From positions 1 through 64,000 of the forward strand of contig QPGO01000227.1 of NCBI GenBank assembly GCA_008632985.1: a stretch of 64,000 bases of DNA, in the 5' to 3' direction. Shown piece by piece: positions 23,801 to 34,915 of the stretch. The position numbers were made by a program, and so were the translations under genes. Position 1 is the first letter of the stretch. Each line of letters begins with the position of its first letter. The stretch comes from Psammoneis japonica (lineage: Eukaryota). Under the pieces are notes generated by a model that was not told the DNA's origin, ran no database searches, and saw only the letters and a program-made list of their open reading frames with translations.

Positions 23801-24140
23801 CGTGTGTGGGCTCCGCCAGCGCACACACGGCATTTACACTGCTTGTTGGTGCGGCTTTCAAAGCTTCAAAGGACTGCACATGAGTTGGAGTTTTGGCGTG
23901 CTTGACGCAGGTTTTCCAATCTTTAAGAATTGGAAGATGACGACCACCGCTGTTTGTGTTGCTGCTGTTCCAGCAGCATTTGCAGACAAAAAAGGAATCA
24001 ACTGAACACTCCGGGTTGAGACATTTGCCGGAACAGAGGCAATCACCCATGTTTACGATGCTGTTGGAGTTGTCACATTGAGTCAATGGAACAGTCGAGA
24101 AGCAATGTTTGCAGCATGTGGAGAAGGCTGTGGAGGCCAT
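20841..24140 (-). CDS. CMC/EnSpm (CACTA/Plavaka-like) transposase, hypermutated
   Basis: 1099-aa ORF with an N-terminal Cys cluster and the motifs EWRDDFDPN, VCVDRPERS and HAPMHTIGLGNVK (DxMHxxxLG-like). These are characteristic of CACTA-family DDE transposases. The ORF starts about 540 bp inside the right TIR. Confidence 0.72.
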   Translation of the reverse strand: MASTAFSTCCKHCFSTVPLTQCDNSNSIVNMGDCLCSGKCLNPECSVDSFFVCKCCWNSSNTNSGGRHLPILKDWKTCVKHAKTPTHVQSFEALKAAPTSSVNAVCALAEPTHDECWCNDDNDASVSESKEPSNQDDWIYDVNDAGSRPPLRVDDLRQGFDPDSNSPAFFWYEHSHPGQGIQKLTADAFELPVTEVTKEEAHFSLVMASLLSQLTKKQRELLAECMLQATNSRDPDLSIFRRTRVPTSVKDFEMLHLSSKRAIVPNLPHPVPRKTDDGSHSCVSFKDVLANELAKATQFDKFYFDADVIVQDSQPAISRTPAVHSLFMELKEDVDGFVLCLWVQEWRDDFDPNGTKKSCNQVWLNTHTCCPPPNSSSGRHTHFMAMSSKGENHEVVETTFERELQSLSEESHWFYHGGLQKLTRVKAGKLSVCVDRPERSCMFRVGDHNGSCSTFWEHACHVDGNCSFNHLPHCQLCCKAHVSNHFSTSEDPSDVADNSQEEGAPVDGAVAINVPPVSSTCPHNACASWNVLDTAFRFLAPADCPCSHDQREGAPKPPTGREVTVFNPSAHDIQSTQDLATDPSTSTDSSRRRRKRQRVAAPRQWLASIKLTVPWLQQAIVFAHHNMRTHPPGTPSAKRFWTKANLTAHLRTCAVIQRHIDTVHAAAKCNLPCPTHPAPWLNPKALSRCHHAPMHTIGLGNVKSDFEMMSKLFSRFELQATFGKQANKCLRSIQSLRSTKCFAAHPLSTSKWGTGPWVSENCFFWARTVKVVVALPALHQQRVMDNHSDHAGVSRMLLRFASATQACLSRVMSSERVVGDLHEMVLTCLDAMVEMDMWLMKAPSDEADNDAVEGDGEVQKKKKKKANFVKSVSLGMLGVAESHQHDGPAILHWEGDDSGESGVQTVRPEVSIKRSNADWQTIALRHIHQHATISWLLERDSEKGSSKNRRLDGIFKICSNWNTLLEARQQCLPFAGLVSSNCTVWLLFRPVGEKGAARSSATAVALEFVDEEGEEILDLCWMAPVQATDRRKSFDAATDLCNSLGHQFVLALPRMEDDGETFLNSFYCVSHLWNERTRDGCFVKTELSLDIFGDWLTAG

Positions 24141-24399
24141 GACTTACACAGACAAAGGTGGAAATGCAAAAATTGTGTTGTGTGTGCGATGCGCCGACAC
24201 AGGCGACAATTGGCAACAACAGAGCAACAATGATGCTCGTCGACAGATCGCCACAAACAAAAATGACGAGATTACGAGCATTGACTGGCAACCATGAATG
24301 CATGCGTGCACATGCGCCAATGACGCTTTGAATCGTCCATCATTGCGTCTTGTTGTGTGTGCATGTGTTCATTGTTCGTTTGCTTTGAAGAAAAACCAT

Positions 24400-24681
24400 T
24401 TGCTCTGAGAATGTAAAAGGTCGCAGGAGGCTGCAGTCATTTGAAGCGAATGCCCTGAACAATTGCACTCAATTGAAGGCATCCTCTGAATGCGGTTAAA
24501 CAGGGCAAACATTGGCATTTTGCTCTGATTGTCTCACACACAGAGCATGTCGCTCTGACTGTGGCTTGGACAGAGCAAAGCCACAATTGGTTGTTTAGCA
24601 CTTGCAATCGGAGCAAAATGCTCTGTTTGTTTTTTATTTAGAGCGAAAACAGCTCATTCAGAGTGATTCTCATTTGCAGTG
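24400..24681. repeat. Right subterminal repeats and TIR of the CACTG element
   Basis: Repeated GCTCTG/AGAGC motifs ending in gattctcatttgcagtg|TA. Confidence 0.75.
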
Positions 24682-24751
24682 TAGCGCCGGCGACCGCGCG
24701 TTCGCCTCGAAACTTGGAACTTCCCAAAACACACAAGATGCCGCAGTCACC

Positions 24752-25573
24752 ATGTCCACCGCCGCAACCGCCGCCGCTCCCGATAAAGTGACGAGTGGCG
24801 ACACTCGCAAGCGCAAAGCTGACAAAGAGGAAACTCGTAAGAAGAAGAACAAGAAGAAAAATCAGTCAAAGGAAATCTCCGAAGACGAGGAGGACAAAGA
24901 ACGAACTGTCAAAGAGCTCGTTTGGAGGGACATGCGGAGCGACGACTTTGCGACAGTTGTCAAAGCCACTGATGCCATCAGTCACTTGACTGACGAGCGC
25001 CATCCTGAACATGAATCAAATTGCGTGAAAGTTTTCAAAGCATTTGGTCCTGCTGTCTTGCTTGTGAACATTGAAGAGTCCTTACGTGCCCGGGACGACG
25101 ATCGCACGGATTTTATCAGTGCAGCCCTCGGCGTCCTTGTGGATCTCTCTTGGCTGGGGGGCGAGCGTGCGAAAAGCATCGCAGAGGCCCCGGATGTCAT
25201 TGAAACTGTAATCGAGGTCATGCAAAAATGTTCCAATGACGCACTTTGCTGTGCCTGCGCATGCTGTCTGTTGAGTCATCTAGCCGAGCACAATGAGGAC
25301 TTTGCCACTCTGATCTATGATGCAGGGGTCATCCCGTTGGCTGTGGAAGCTGTGGAACGATTCCCTGAGGATGAACACCTGCAGTGCTGCATCTCCTTCT
25401 TGCTGCGAACTCTCCTTGAAAGCAAATCGAAGAAAAAGAAGAAGATTGTTGACGCGGCTCATGAGAAAAAGGCCTTGGTTGTGCTTGCCATTGCCAAGTG
25501 CAACTTCCCAGAAGCTGGTGGAATCCAAGGTCACACCACCGCATGCATCAATGTTTTGAATAAAATGGAATAG
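24752..25573 (+). CDS. Armadillo-like repeat protein (partly hypermutated, possibly a pseudogene)
   Basis: Lys/Glu-rich N-terminus followed by helical repeats (VIETVIEVMQK..ND, GVIPLAVEAVERFPEDEHLQ). Cys appears at positions where Tyr would be expected. Confidence 0.65.
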   Translation: MSTAATAAAPDKVTSGDTRKRKADKEETRKKKNKKKNQSKEISEDEEDKERTVKELVWRDMRSDDFATVVKATDAISHLTDERHPEHESNCVKVFKAFGPAVLLVNIEESLRARDDDRTDFISAALGVLVDLSWLGGERAKSIAEAPDVIETVIEVMQKCSNDALCCACACCLLSHLAEHNEDFATLIYDAGVIPLAVEAVERFPEDEHLQCCISFLLRTLLESKSKKKKKIVDAAHEKKALVVLAIAKCNFPEAGGIQGHTTACINVLNKME

Positions 25574-25899
25574 AACCCATGGTGCCTTGGTGACTGGAAG
25601 CCAACCGGGGCATTGGCAGCGTGGTTCGAAGCTTGTTCATGGCAGGGCTGTTGGATCTATGGAAGTGAAAGGATTCCTGTCATGTTGTGCTGCATCTTCA
25701 TGGAACAACTGTGCGCAATCTCTTGTCACACAACTGTCCACTAGCAGGTCGCTTGCAAGTTGAAGATTCAGAGCCCTGCCGAAAGCAGCACGCAAGTAGA
25801 GAATGATCATGGCAGACAGAAGAATCCGCCAGGCCCTGGGCAGGACTGATTCAGAAGACCAAACCCTTGATTCCTGTCAAAGCCCTTTTGATGACACAT

Positions 25900-27115
25900 T
25901 GGACTCGCCACTGACAATCCAAGGGTAACCTCTGACTTGGTCAAGGCTCAGTCTGACCTTTGCAGCAAATCCATGGCATTCGAACTGATCCAGCGCCCAG
26001 TCCGTCAGCATTTGCGCCACTCATTCAGCCGTCATGCATTTGAACTGTTCATCCGTCGGCGTTGCTCGTTCCCATGGAGGCAACCCCGTTAGCATGAGAA
26101 AAAAATGACGCCAGCTGACCACATGTCAACAGCGAATCCATCAAAAGGCTCTTTGTTTCGGCAAATCTCCGGTGATGTGCAACGCCCGCTGTCGACCAGA
26201 CACTGGAGTTTTAAACTTGTCTCCATTTGGTCGCGGGTCTCCCCACTCGAAGAAGCTGTGGCCTTCAAAGTCATGTTCCCCATGAATGTTGTTGAGGATT
26301 CTGCTTCTGTGGCGAGCGGCACTTGTGTGCACAATTCCACATCACCACAATGAATTCACGGTTTTCATGAACCAGCAGATTCTCCAAACTCATGTCACGG
26401 TGGCATGCTCCAGAGTGTTTTTAAGATTCTCAAGGCCCTGGCATTCAACGAACAAGAAATGAACATGTTAGAATGGAGCAAGAAGCAAAATCACCATCGT
26501 TGGTCGCATCGACTCACATTTGGCTTTAGCACCTGATGCATCCAATGCCGGGATTCTTCTTTGGAGAATCTCTCGTTTGCAGCAAGCCGGGCAAACAGAC
26601 CTCCTCCATCACAAAAGGGCATGATGCAGCACAAACAACCGTGAGCTGAAAATGAATCAAGAGGCATCATGTCGGACGGTGCGGCAAGCAGTGACACAGA
26701 CAAACCACCTTGTTTGGAGTTCCACCATTCCTTTGTGTGTTGCACAGCTGAGACTTCCTTGATCGGGTCTTTGGCTGACCAATCGCAATCGCGAATCTTC
26801 TCCCACGATTGGGCTGCTGGCCTGTCATCCCTGTCATTCTGGTGAGGGTCTCTCTTTTCCAGAACAGCGGCCAACCACACTCCACCATGGTGCGTTTTGC
26901 TTGTTCTTCCTTCCAGCACAGTTGCCCTGGTGTTCAAAACAGCGCATTTTCCCGTCATTTGCACCACCCCACGGAGTCGCTTTCCGTGATTGACTCGGAA
27001 TGTGACAGCCGCCAACAACATTGCAAATGGTGCAATGATGTGCGTCTCCCGTTGTTCCATCCGGTTTCTTGGTGTTGTGAGCTTGAAGAAGGGTCGCAGT
27101 GACGGGCACGCCATG
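25900..27115 (-). pseudogene. Ser/Thr protein kinase pseudogene
   Basis: Motifs DPIKEVSAVQ, IMPFCDGGGLF, CHRDMSLENLLV (about 26370-26405), SPEICRNKEPFDGFAVDMWSAGVI and GLPPWERAT. It carries frameshifts and Tyr->Cys changes. Confidence 0.85.
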
Positions 27116-29071
27116 TCATTCATGGAGAGAGAGTGCAGCAGGATGAGCACGACCTCGCTGCTTGTGCTGCAAGCTGCAGTCTTGTTGGGGACTGGGAAAT
27201 TCTCGGGCAAAGACTTTGCTTCAATGACTCTCCAAAACAACGAGTTTGTGCGTCAAAAGAGCCGCGGTCACACTGTTGTGTCCCATTTGTCGAATCGCCA
27301 ATCGGCAACACGTGAAGCCTTGTGCTGGACTCTGTCATTCACAGCCAACAGAAGCATGGGGTGCAACTGTGTCACTTCTCGGATCTGGAAACGGATGTTG
27401 GGCTACCCTCTGTTGTTGTGCTGTGCGCTGCCACTTTGTAGAACGTTGAACCTGCACATCGTCTCATCATCAATTTCATCATGCCCAGAGATGCTGACGG
27501 CTCTGCCACCCGTGCTGCAAACACCATGGGAGATCTTCATGTGGCCGCACAAAACCATCTTGGCGGCATCTACGACATTGTCCCCTGAGAGCTTGACTCC
27601 CACTTTTCTAACATGCTGGAGATCTGAGAACCAAAAAAGCACCCAGAAGCCCAGAAGGAAACCAGCAACTTCCCAATGAAACACAGTCACTGCCTGCATG
27701 TTGGGCGCAGGACGCAGGACGCACAGCGCTTTCAGATGAGCCATGGTGACTTGCATGAAGATTTTGGTTGGCATTTCTTGGGCATGCGAGTGCATCGCAA
27801 AAGTGGACAACTTCGCTGTTTGCTGCGGTGCTGTCAGACTGCCACTGCCATGGTGGAAGTAAGATCAGCGAGTGTGTCGGCACTCTGTGCAGCATGTCGG
27901 TTCACTGCACCCTCTGCCAGCTAGAGAGCACTGTGCGCACCTGTGCTGTTTGTACGGACTGGTCACTTTTCTGCATTTGTTGGCATTGAATTTACCTGCG
28001 TGTTTTCAATGCGGCGGAAGAAATGCCGCTTCTGCAAACAAAGACACCACCATTGCTGACGATGTTGCTGTCAATCAAGCTTCTCTCAAACCTTTGTCAA
28101 AACCGAAAGAATGACAATGCAAAGAGATCACCGTTCGCTTTGACATTCGTGGTCCAGAGGCTGCTTGCAAACCAATGGCTCTCATGACCTCTCATCTCCA
28201 AGTTCTCAGTCAGATCCTGTTTACGTTCCATGACAAAGTTCGGGCATTGGACAACAACAACACCAGAGTTGCAAATGTCAACATTGCCAAATGGGTGTCT
28301 GCTCTTCCAGATTTCAACAACTTGCAGTGGCGAGAGCCGTCCCGTCACTCACCGTTTGTGTCACCGCATCCTTGCGAAAGTGCCCCTGCGCAACATTTGT
28401 TCTCACCCCAACATTCAAAACATTTTGGAGGCAAACAACATGGGTTTGAAGCGTCATTGTTGGAACGAATCTGTCATTGACATGGCCAGTCCAGCACATT
28501 TTGTTGCCACTGCGTCAAAACATGCTCCCATTGATGCTGCTGCAAAGTTGTTTGTCAAAGACATTGGGGATTTAAAAACCAAGATGCCAAAGTTCCACTC
28601 AGCCCCCACTTCCGTTTGGGCAGACAACAACAGAACATCGGCACCAATTCGTGTGGTGACCTTTTGGGTCAAAGTTCAACAAGAGGACTGTCGCACCACG
28701 GCAAAAACCCTTTTGTGTGCATCTGACAAGCTTCCAACTCACATCCTTGTGGCAAAAACCCGACACGTGTCTCCTCTTGCCTTTTACAATGCTGTCAAAA
28801 TGCAAGCCCAACGCAACAACAACACCTTCGTCGTGCCGTTGTTGCACATGACTGTGGACATGATGTTTTACTTGGAGAATCACATCAAAGACATCCAGGG
28901 CATGATTGACATTTTTCCATCCCCGTCCACATCATCTGCTGGCAGACACAACATTCTGGTCCACCGCACTCAATTCAAAAAGGCCCGAGCTGAGATTTCA
29001 ACGTGTGTTCTGAACAAAACTCTGAATCTTCCAAAGGAAGCCCATCCGACCCCTCCATTTGAAGACCTTCC

Positions 29072-29469
29072 GATGGGCTCCAATCCCAGGTGGGACTCCG
29101 CAGGGACATTGGGCCCGTAGACTTCCATGTGCAAGCTCTGTGTTAAAGTCATTGATCAATTGTAACATGTGTGATCGCCAACAGAAAAAGAGGCAATTTT
29201 GCGAACGCATCTCCTCCTTCACACGTAAAGCACACAGATGATGGTTTGCATGGGCACATTCTACAGACATTGAAGAACACACCCAGCGCATTTTCATTGT
29301 CACAAATGTTGAAAATAGAAAGCCTTTGGCTTCACAAAATGGGAAGCATGAAACAATTTCGTAGAATGTCACACGCAGCCATCTACGTGCGCGACATGCG
29401 GCGCGATCCAAAAAACTGTTGATGTCACAGTTCAGCACTGCGAGGTCCCACCTGGAGCTGGAACGTGTC
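29072..29469 (+). mobile_element. MITE, GAC family copy 2
   Basis: TSD TTCC (29068-29071, 29470-29473). Ends are GATGGGCTCCAATCCCAGGTGGG and CTGGAACGTGTC. Internally homologous to copy 1. Confidence 0.88.
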
Positions 29470-30249
29470 TTCCTCAGGTTTCCGGAGTTTTCGTCGAAGC
29501 TTCAGATGCCAGCAAATCCATCATGTCAGCTAGCATCCGGAGCCTGGAGTCCCTTGCTTTCTCAGATGTGTCTCCTTCAACCAACATTGATGCTCCTTGA
29601 ACCACCCGTCTGCCCAACCCTTTGTCTGGTGGAGGCAATGGCCACTCCACTCTTGCGGGACGCGGTGAATCGGCAGCCCACCCCACCATCATTTCATGCT
29701 CCAAATTGTGGTTACACCAGATGTCCTGGCATTGCATCTCCGCAGGTGTCTCATTCTCAGGTCGCTCAATCCTTGTCGAGTTCATTGATTGCATCCGTTC
29801 AATTGGCCGAGGTTCAGCAAACAATGACCCAAATGCAATCTTGACATGAAAAGGCCCTTCGTGAACTGCGCGACAAACATGCCAACAAAATGCAAAATGT
29901 GCAATCACAACACACGGAGAAATTGTCAGGCATGCAAGATCAGATGAATGAGATCATCCAGTTGTTACAAGCGTCCCAGTCAGTTTTGTCCGCCAGTCCT
30001 GCGAGGAAGCGACAAAACCAAAATCAGACTCCCAACCGCAGCAACAATGGGAAAGACTCGGATTTTTAGCATGAAGATGGATTTCGCTGCCTCCATCTCC
30101 ACAAACCATCAGGCGCCCTCCCGACATTCATCAGCACCCATTTCCACTGTCCCTTGCACGGGTTTTCTGATGCACCAGCAAGTATCGGCCTTTTTCGCTT
30201 CATTGGGGTTCCACTCTACTTCCTTGCTACAAGCCCCAGTCTTCTCTTT

Positions 30250-30628
30250 GACACGTTCCAGCCCCAGGTGGGAGCTCGCAGTGCTGATGTGTGACATGAA
30301 CAATTTTTGTCATCCGTCGCATGTTTTGGACGTGCATTTCTACGTGTGATGTTTAAAAAAAAATTGTCCAGACCCAGACGTTTTATGCAACAAATTTGCA
30401 GAAACAACAATGTGCCAGTTGCATTCTTCAATGTCTGAAGAATGCAACTGGCCAAGTGAAAAATGATGCACTTCAATCATGGGCGAGTTTGTGCATTTGC
30501 AAAATTGCCTCATTTTCTGTTGGCGATCATTGACACTCTAATTGCCGTGTGATTTTGCTGCGGAACTCGCACGTAGAATTCTGCGGGCCCAATGTCACAC
30601 GGATTCCCACCTGCGTCTGGAACGCGTC
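30250..30628 (-). mobile_element. MITE, GAC family copy 3
   Basis: TSD CTTT (30246-30249, 30629-30632). TIR GACACGTTCCAG...CTGGAACGCGTC. Confidence 0.9.
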
Positions 30629-32133
30629 CTTTGGAGGAGCATGGCCCAATCATGAGTAGAAACCCTTCTCCTGCGAACATGTTGGCGTGGCAATCTCTTT
30701 TAAATGGACGAAGTTGCTGTCCACCGGCTGATTGACATGTGGGCTTTTCACGCTTGAAAACCAATGAGCCTGTTGGTGACAGCCTTCGTCCCAAGCTGCC
30801 ACACCACACATGTTTACATGCCTTCAATGCCAATGGATGCAAGTTCGACAAGCGCGGCAGCGACATCAATGAACACTGCCAGGTGGCTGATGAAATCCAA
30901 GCCGACATTGTTGGCATGTTGGAAGCATGTCTGGATGTGACACAATTTGACATTCTGTCAGCATGCAGGTCTGCGGTTTCCAGTTCTCTGTTGCACGGCC
31001 GAGGCACATTCTCCACCAGTTCCACCCCATTCTCCACGCAGCACAAACCAGGTGGAACTGCTCTCCTTTCCTGCAATTCCGTGTTGGCACGGCACCGGCT
31101 CCAACATTCAGATCCTCTTGGGCAATGGTCTGTTCAACTGTTCAACGGCCGCAATGGACAACAAGTCATGTTTGTTTCATGCTGCAGAGTTTGCGCCAAA
31201 AACCAGTGCCAACCAGGGAAAACCACCGCATTTGCTCAACAACAATGTCTCTTTTGACAGAATGGAGCTGCAGCAGTGGATCCATGCAAAGCCTTTTGTG
31301 CGGATTTATCTTGGGTTCTCCAAGAGTTCATGTCTGAATCCAATGGAGAAGTCATCTTGTTCAGTGACTTTGGCACAGACTTCGAATTTGATGCTGATTC
31401 TTTGGCAAGCTTGGCGCAATGGTTTAATTTGTCAGACGTCTTCTTCAGTGTCATTGGCAACACCAACTTCTCCACCCACACCCGCAGATCAAAAAGCCTC
31501 TGCTTTGTTCTGGCTTTGCCAGGCGCCTTGTCTGCTGTCAGATTGGGAGGGTGCGAAGCTTTTGGGTGTCGCATCACTTCCGACCACCGGGCGCACTACG
31601 TTGACTTTGACACGATTGCATTGTTTGGAAACCCTGTGGTTGATCTCCCCAAAGCATGTTTCCAAGACATGCAAGCATCGTCTGAACCTCAAGTCACGGC
31701 TTGTTTGAAATCCATTGGTCCCATGTTGGAGAGTCAATCCGCATTGGAAAGATCTGCACGGCTCTTGGCACTCAGCGAACCGGAGAGATGCCGAAGCAGA
31801 GATTCAGGCCATTTGTTTGAGATCAGATGAATGTCTTGCAAAGGACAGGGCACAACTGTTTGATTCAGTTGATGAACACCTCACTCATTCCACTCATTGC
31901 ATTTGAAATTGGCCAGCTGTGGTCAAACCCATGTTCAAGTCAAGCATCAAAGAGGCCAAGTGTCTTGCTGCACATGGAACAAGAACCATTGCAAGTCACT
32001 TTGGCGTGGCATCACCTGCAGGTGATGCCGATCCCGGCCAATTGTCACATGCTCCTGCCACACTGTCAGTGCACTGGGGGTGTGGGTTAGCTTGTTGCCG
32101 GAGTTGCGGGGTGGAAGCGCAGCAGCACTTTAA

Positions 32134-32633
32134 CCCTTCAACCACCAGCCTTGAGCAAATCTCCACGGGTGGAGATTTGCTCGCTTGCGTCACAAATGTC
32201 ACAAATGGAGCAATTTGGGACNATGAACAATGTTTGATTCGCACGATTTTGTTTTGGAACGCACATTTGCCGAAAATCTGGGGGGACCCTTTTTGCAATT
32301 TAGAAAGTTCAATGTCAAATTTTAACACCGGGTTTTTTGCAAGCTTCGTCTGTGAATCGAGAGGAACTAAATCTCACCCCTGAAAAATGGAGATTGTCAT
32401 GAATTGCTGTCACAAATGGCGCTGTGATGCCACACCCTTGGAGCAAATCTCCACCGGTGGAGATTTGCTCCCAATGGGTGAATGCACGCAGCATGCTTTG
32501 CGCAGATCGTGCGCGATGTGACATTTTTACATTGTTCTGATTGTGTCATTGTGAAGGTGATTGACACGTCACACACCCTCAAGTGGGAGCAAATCTCCAC
32601 CCGTGGAGATTTGCTCCCCTGGCGGTTGAAGGG
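32134..32633. mobile_element. piggyBac-like MITE
   Basis: TTAA TSD (32130-32133, 32634-32637) and TIR CCCTTCAACC(A/G)CCAG. It contains three 30-bp palindromes GAGCAAATCTCCACNNGTGGAGATTTGCTC. The other LINE tail (about 57000) lacks this insertion. Confidence 0.88.
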
Positions 32634-32764
32634 TTAAACACAGAAGTTTGGTTTTGTTTGCATGGAATGATCAGAGACATTTGACATAGAGGAGGGAAGA
32701 CATTTCTACACAAAGGAGGGAAAAATGGTCATTGCTCATTGTTGCGTTTGCTGTCTGTTGACAC

Positions 32765-33097
32765 TTTCCTCATGGATTCTCATGGATCCTCATGCTGCAG
32801 ATCTACGAGCGGAACTGAGTAGAGCGGAGCAAGGTCACAGTGAGACACAGTCATTTTTGTGTGCCTCAGTTTTCTTTGTAGACTGTGCAAGAAAAAGACA
32901 CTCAATTTTAAAAATGGTCATTTCCTCAGTCATCCACACGAACCCACATGGCACAAATCTACGTGCAAGAAATCAACGGTCAATGCAAAGAGTCATTCTC
33001 TAAACTCCAATTCCTTTGTACAATGTGCGTGAAAAGTCATTGAAAAATTCAAAATTTCCATGAGGATGACTGAGGATCCGTGAGGATCCGTGAGAAA
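32765..33097. repeat. Small inverted-repeat (MITE-like) element
   Basis: ctcatggattctcatggatcctca at about 32769 is inverted relative to tgaggatccgtgaggatccgtgag ending at 33094. No TSD found. Confidence 0.45.
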
Positions 33098-33989
33098 CCA
33101 AACACCCTGCACAAACCGCAACCATTGAAAAACTTGAAAAAGACAGCACACAACACAAACCCACGGTGGCTGTTTGGCATCCAATGCCGTCGTGATTGCT
33201 GCTTTGCTGTGGTTGCACAAGTGAGCAGGTGTCGTGCAACTCTTGACCGTCACTTTAGCTGGGATCGAAGACGTGTCGAGACGCGACGATGTCCTGGAGA
33301 GCATGTGTGAAACTGGAACTCCATTGATGCTTCGCACTTTGGTGGATTTGGGATGCGTGCTCAGAATCTCACCATGCGACGTGAATCAAGGCCGAAATCG
33401 CAAGTCGTGCGCCTTGTTGGATCAGCAGTGCGTTGGTTGTCCGGCCAAGGGAGCGTGTCTCAACAAACACATGGCATCATGGAATCCAAACAAGTCATTC
33501 TTGCATCGCGGCAAACACAAAGTCTAAGACAGCAATCGTGGCCATGATCAAGACGAACGACGACAAAGGAGAAAACAGGCCTGATGAGACACGTCCAGAC
33601 ATGATTGAGAAACAGAGTTTTTGGATGAATTCGTTGTTGGCGGCATGGGTTGGAAAGCCAGGGCCTTCCCGGCAGCAGAAGAACCACCAATGCGAGAGAG
33701 GTTTGACCAGCCCCGAAACAATTTGAGAGCTCTTGGCTCACTTGGGCGCCTTAAAAAACATTGACGTGGGTGCTCATTTGGCATTCCAGTCAAAGGCCCC
33801 AACTCCCATGACTCAATCAAATGCCGAATTGACTGTTGAGCACAGCAAGGAGCTCATTGAGACCAAGTTCGGCGTGGCTGTGGCACACATCATGCCACAC
33901 AAGAACAAAATCATCCTTCATCTTGACCTGCCTGTCCATCTCACATGCAAACTTTGTTGAGAGCACAGAGGTTGGGGTTGGGATCTGTC

Positions 33990-34915
33990 ATTGGAGAAGA
34001 CACAAATGTCTCAAACCTTCGGTGACAGTCGCCGAAGGTTTGAGATTGTTCAAAGCATTCGATTCACCATCTGGGATGCCCTGTGGACAAATCAACTTGA
34101 CAACGGGGGCAAAAAGCAACATTGGTTGGGCAAGAGGCAATGCTGTTCTTGCCGAGTTTGGAACATTGCAACTCAAGTTTCGGTGTTTTGCCAAGGCCAT
34201 CAACAGACCAGAATGCGCCACAAAAGCAAACAAAATTTTTGAAATCATGGACAGTGAACCTGTCTCTGCCAATCGACGCGTTCCAGATGTGGGTGGGAAT
34301 CCGTGTGACATTGGGCCCGTAGAATTCTGTGTGCAAGCTCCGCAGTGAAATTGTGCGGCAATTAAAATGTCAATGATTGCCAACAGAAAATGAGGCAATT
34401 TTGCGAATGCACAAACTCACCCATGATTGAAGTGCATCAATTTTTACTTGGCCAGTTGCATTCTTCAGACATTGAAGAATGCAACTGGCACATCATTGTT
34501 TCTATAAATTTGTCACATAAAACATCTGGGGCTTTGCAAAACAGCGAGTCTGGACAATTTTTTTTTAAATGTCACACGCAGAAATGTGCGTGCGAAACAT
34601 GCGACGGATGATAAAAATTGTTTGTGTCACATGTCAGCACCATGAGCTCCCACCCAGGGCTGGAATGCATCAATCAGAAAATTGTGTTTGGGGCCATGGC
34701 AGACAGTTTCTACAAGTGCATGCTCAAGGTGTGGTTGCAGGGCAGAAAGACGGAACCAATCTACCGCAAAATGTATGACAAGGGGTGATCCAAGGCATGC
34801 ACAATGAATTGCCACACATGTCAATGCCGTCTGGTCTCACATGCACTGCCGACAAGAACAGTGATTGTGTCAATCACAAGATGGACTGTTTGGTTTGCTT
34901 CATGGGAGGCAAGTC
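33990..34915 (+). pseudogene. Glycoside hydrolase family 47 (alpha-1,2-mannosidase) fragment, interrupted by a MITE
   Basis: Motifs AFDSPSGMP.GQINL, LAEFGTLQL.FR, GAMADSFY..MLKVWLQG and HKMD.LVCFMGG. Confidence 0.82.
34275..34671 (+). mobile_element. MITE, GAC family copy 4
   Basis: TSD AATC (34271-34274, 34672-34675). Ends are GACGCGTTCCAG and CTGGAATGCATC. Closest to copy 3. Confidence 0.9.

Larger units (their letters stand above)
181..24681 (-). mobile_element. Giant CACTG-type (CMC/EnSpm-like) DNA transposon with cargo genes and nested insertions
   Basis: Left end CACTGCAGATGAGATTCTCT (181) matches the reverse complement of the right end CACTGCAAATGAGAATCACT (ends 24681) at 17/20 positions. 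Both ends are flanked by TA (179-180, 24682-24683). Both subterminal regions are dense in AGAGC/GCTCT motifs. A CMC-type transposase lies just inside the right end. Confidence 0.8.
27960..32665 (+). mobile_element. Degenerate non-LTR retrotransposon (LINE): ORF1, APE endonuclease and 3' tail, with RT missing
   Basis: ORF1-like pieces at 28.0-30.2 kb. APE motifs at 30739-31700 (NANG, ADIVGMLE, KPGGT, DPLGQWS, SDHRAHYVDFD). The 3' tail from about 31790 matches 56660-57035. Three MITEs are inserted. Ends are approximate. Confidence 0.75.
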
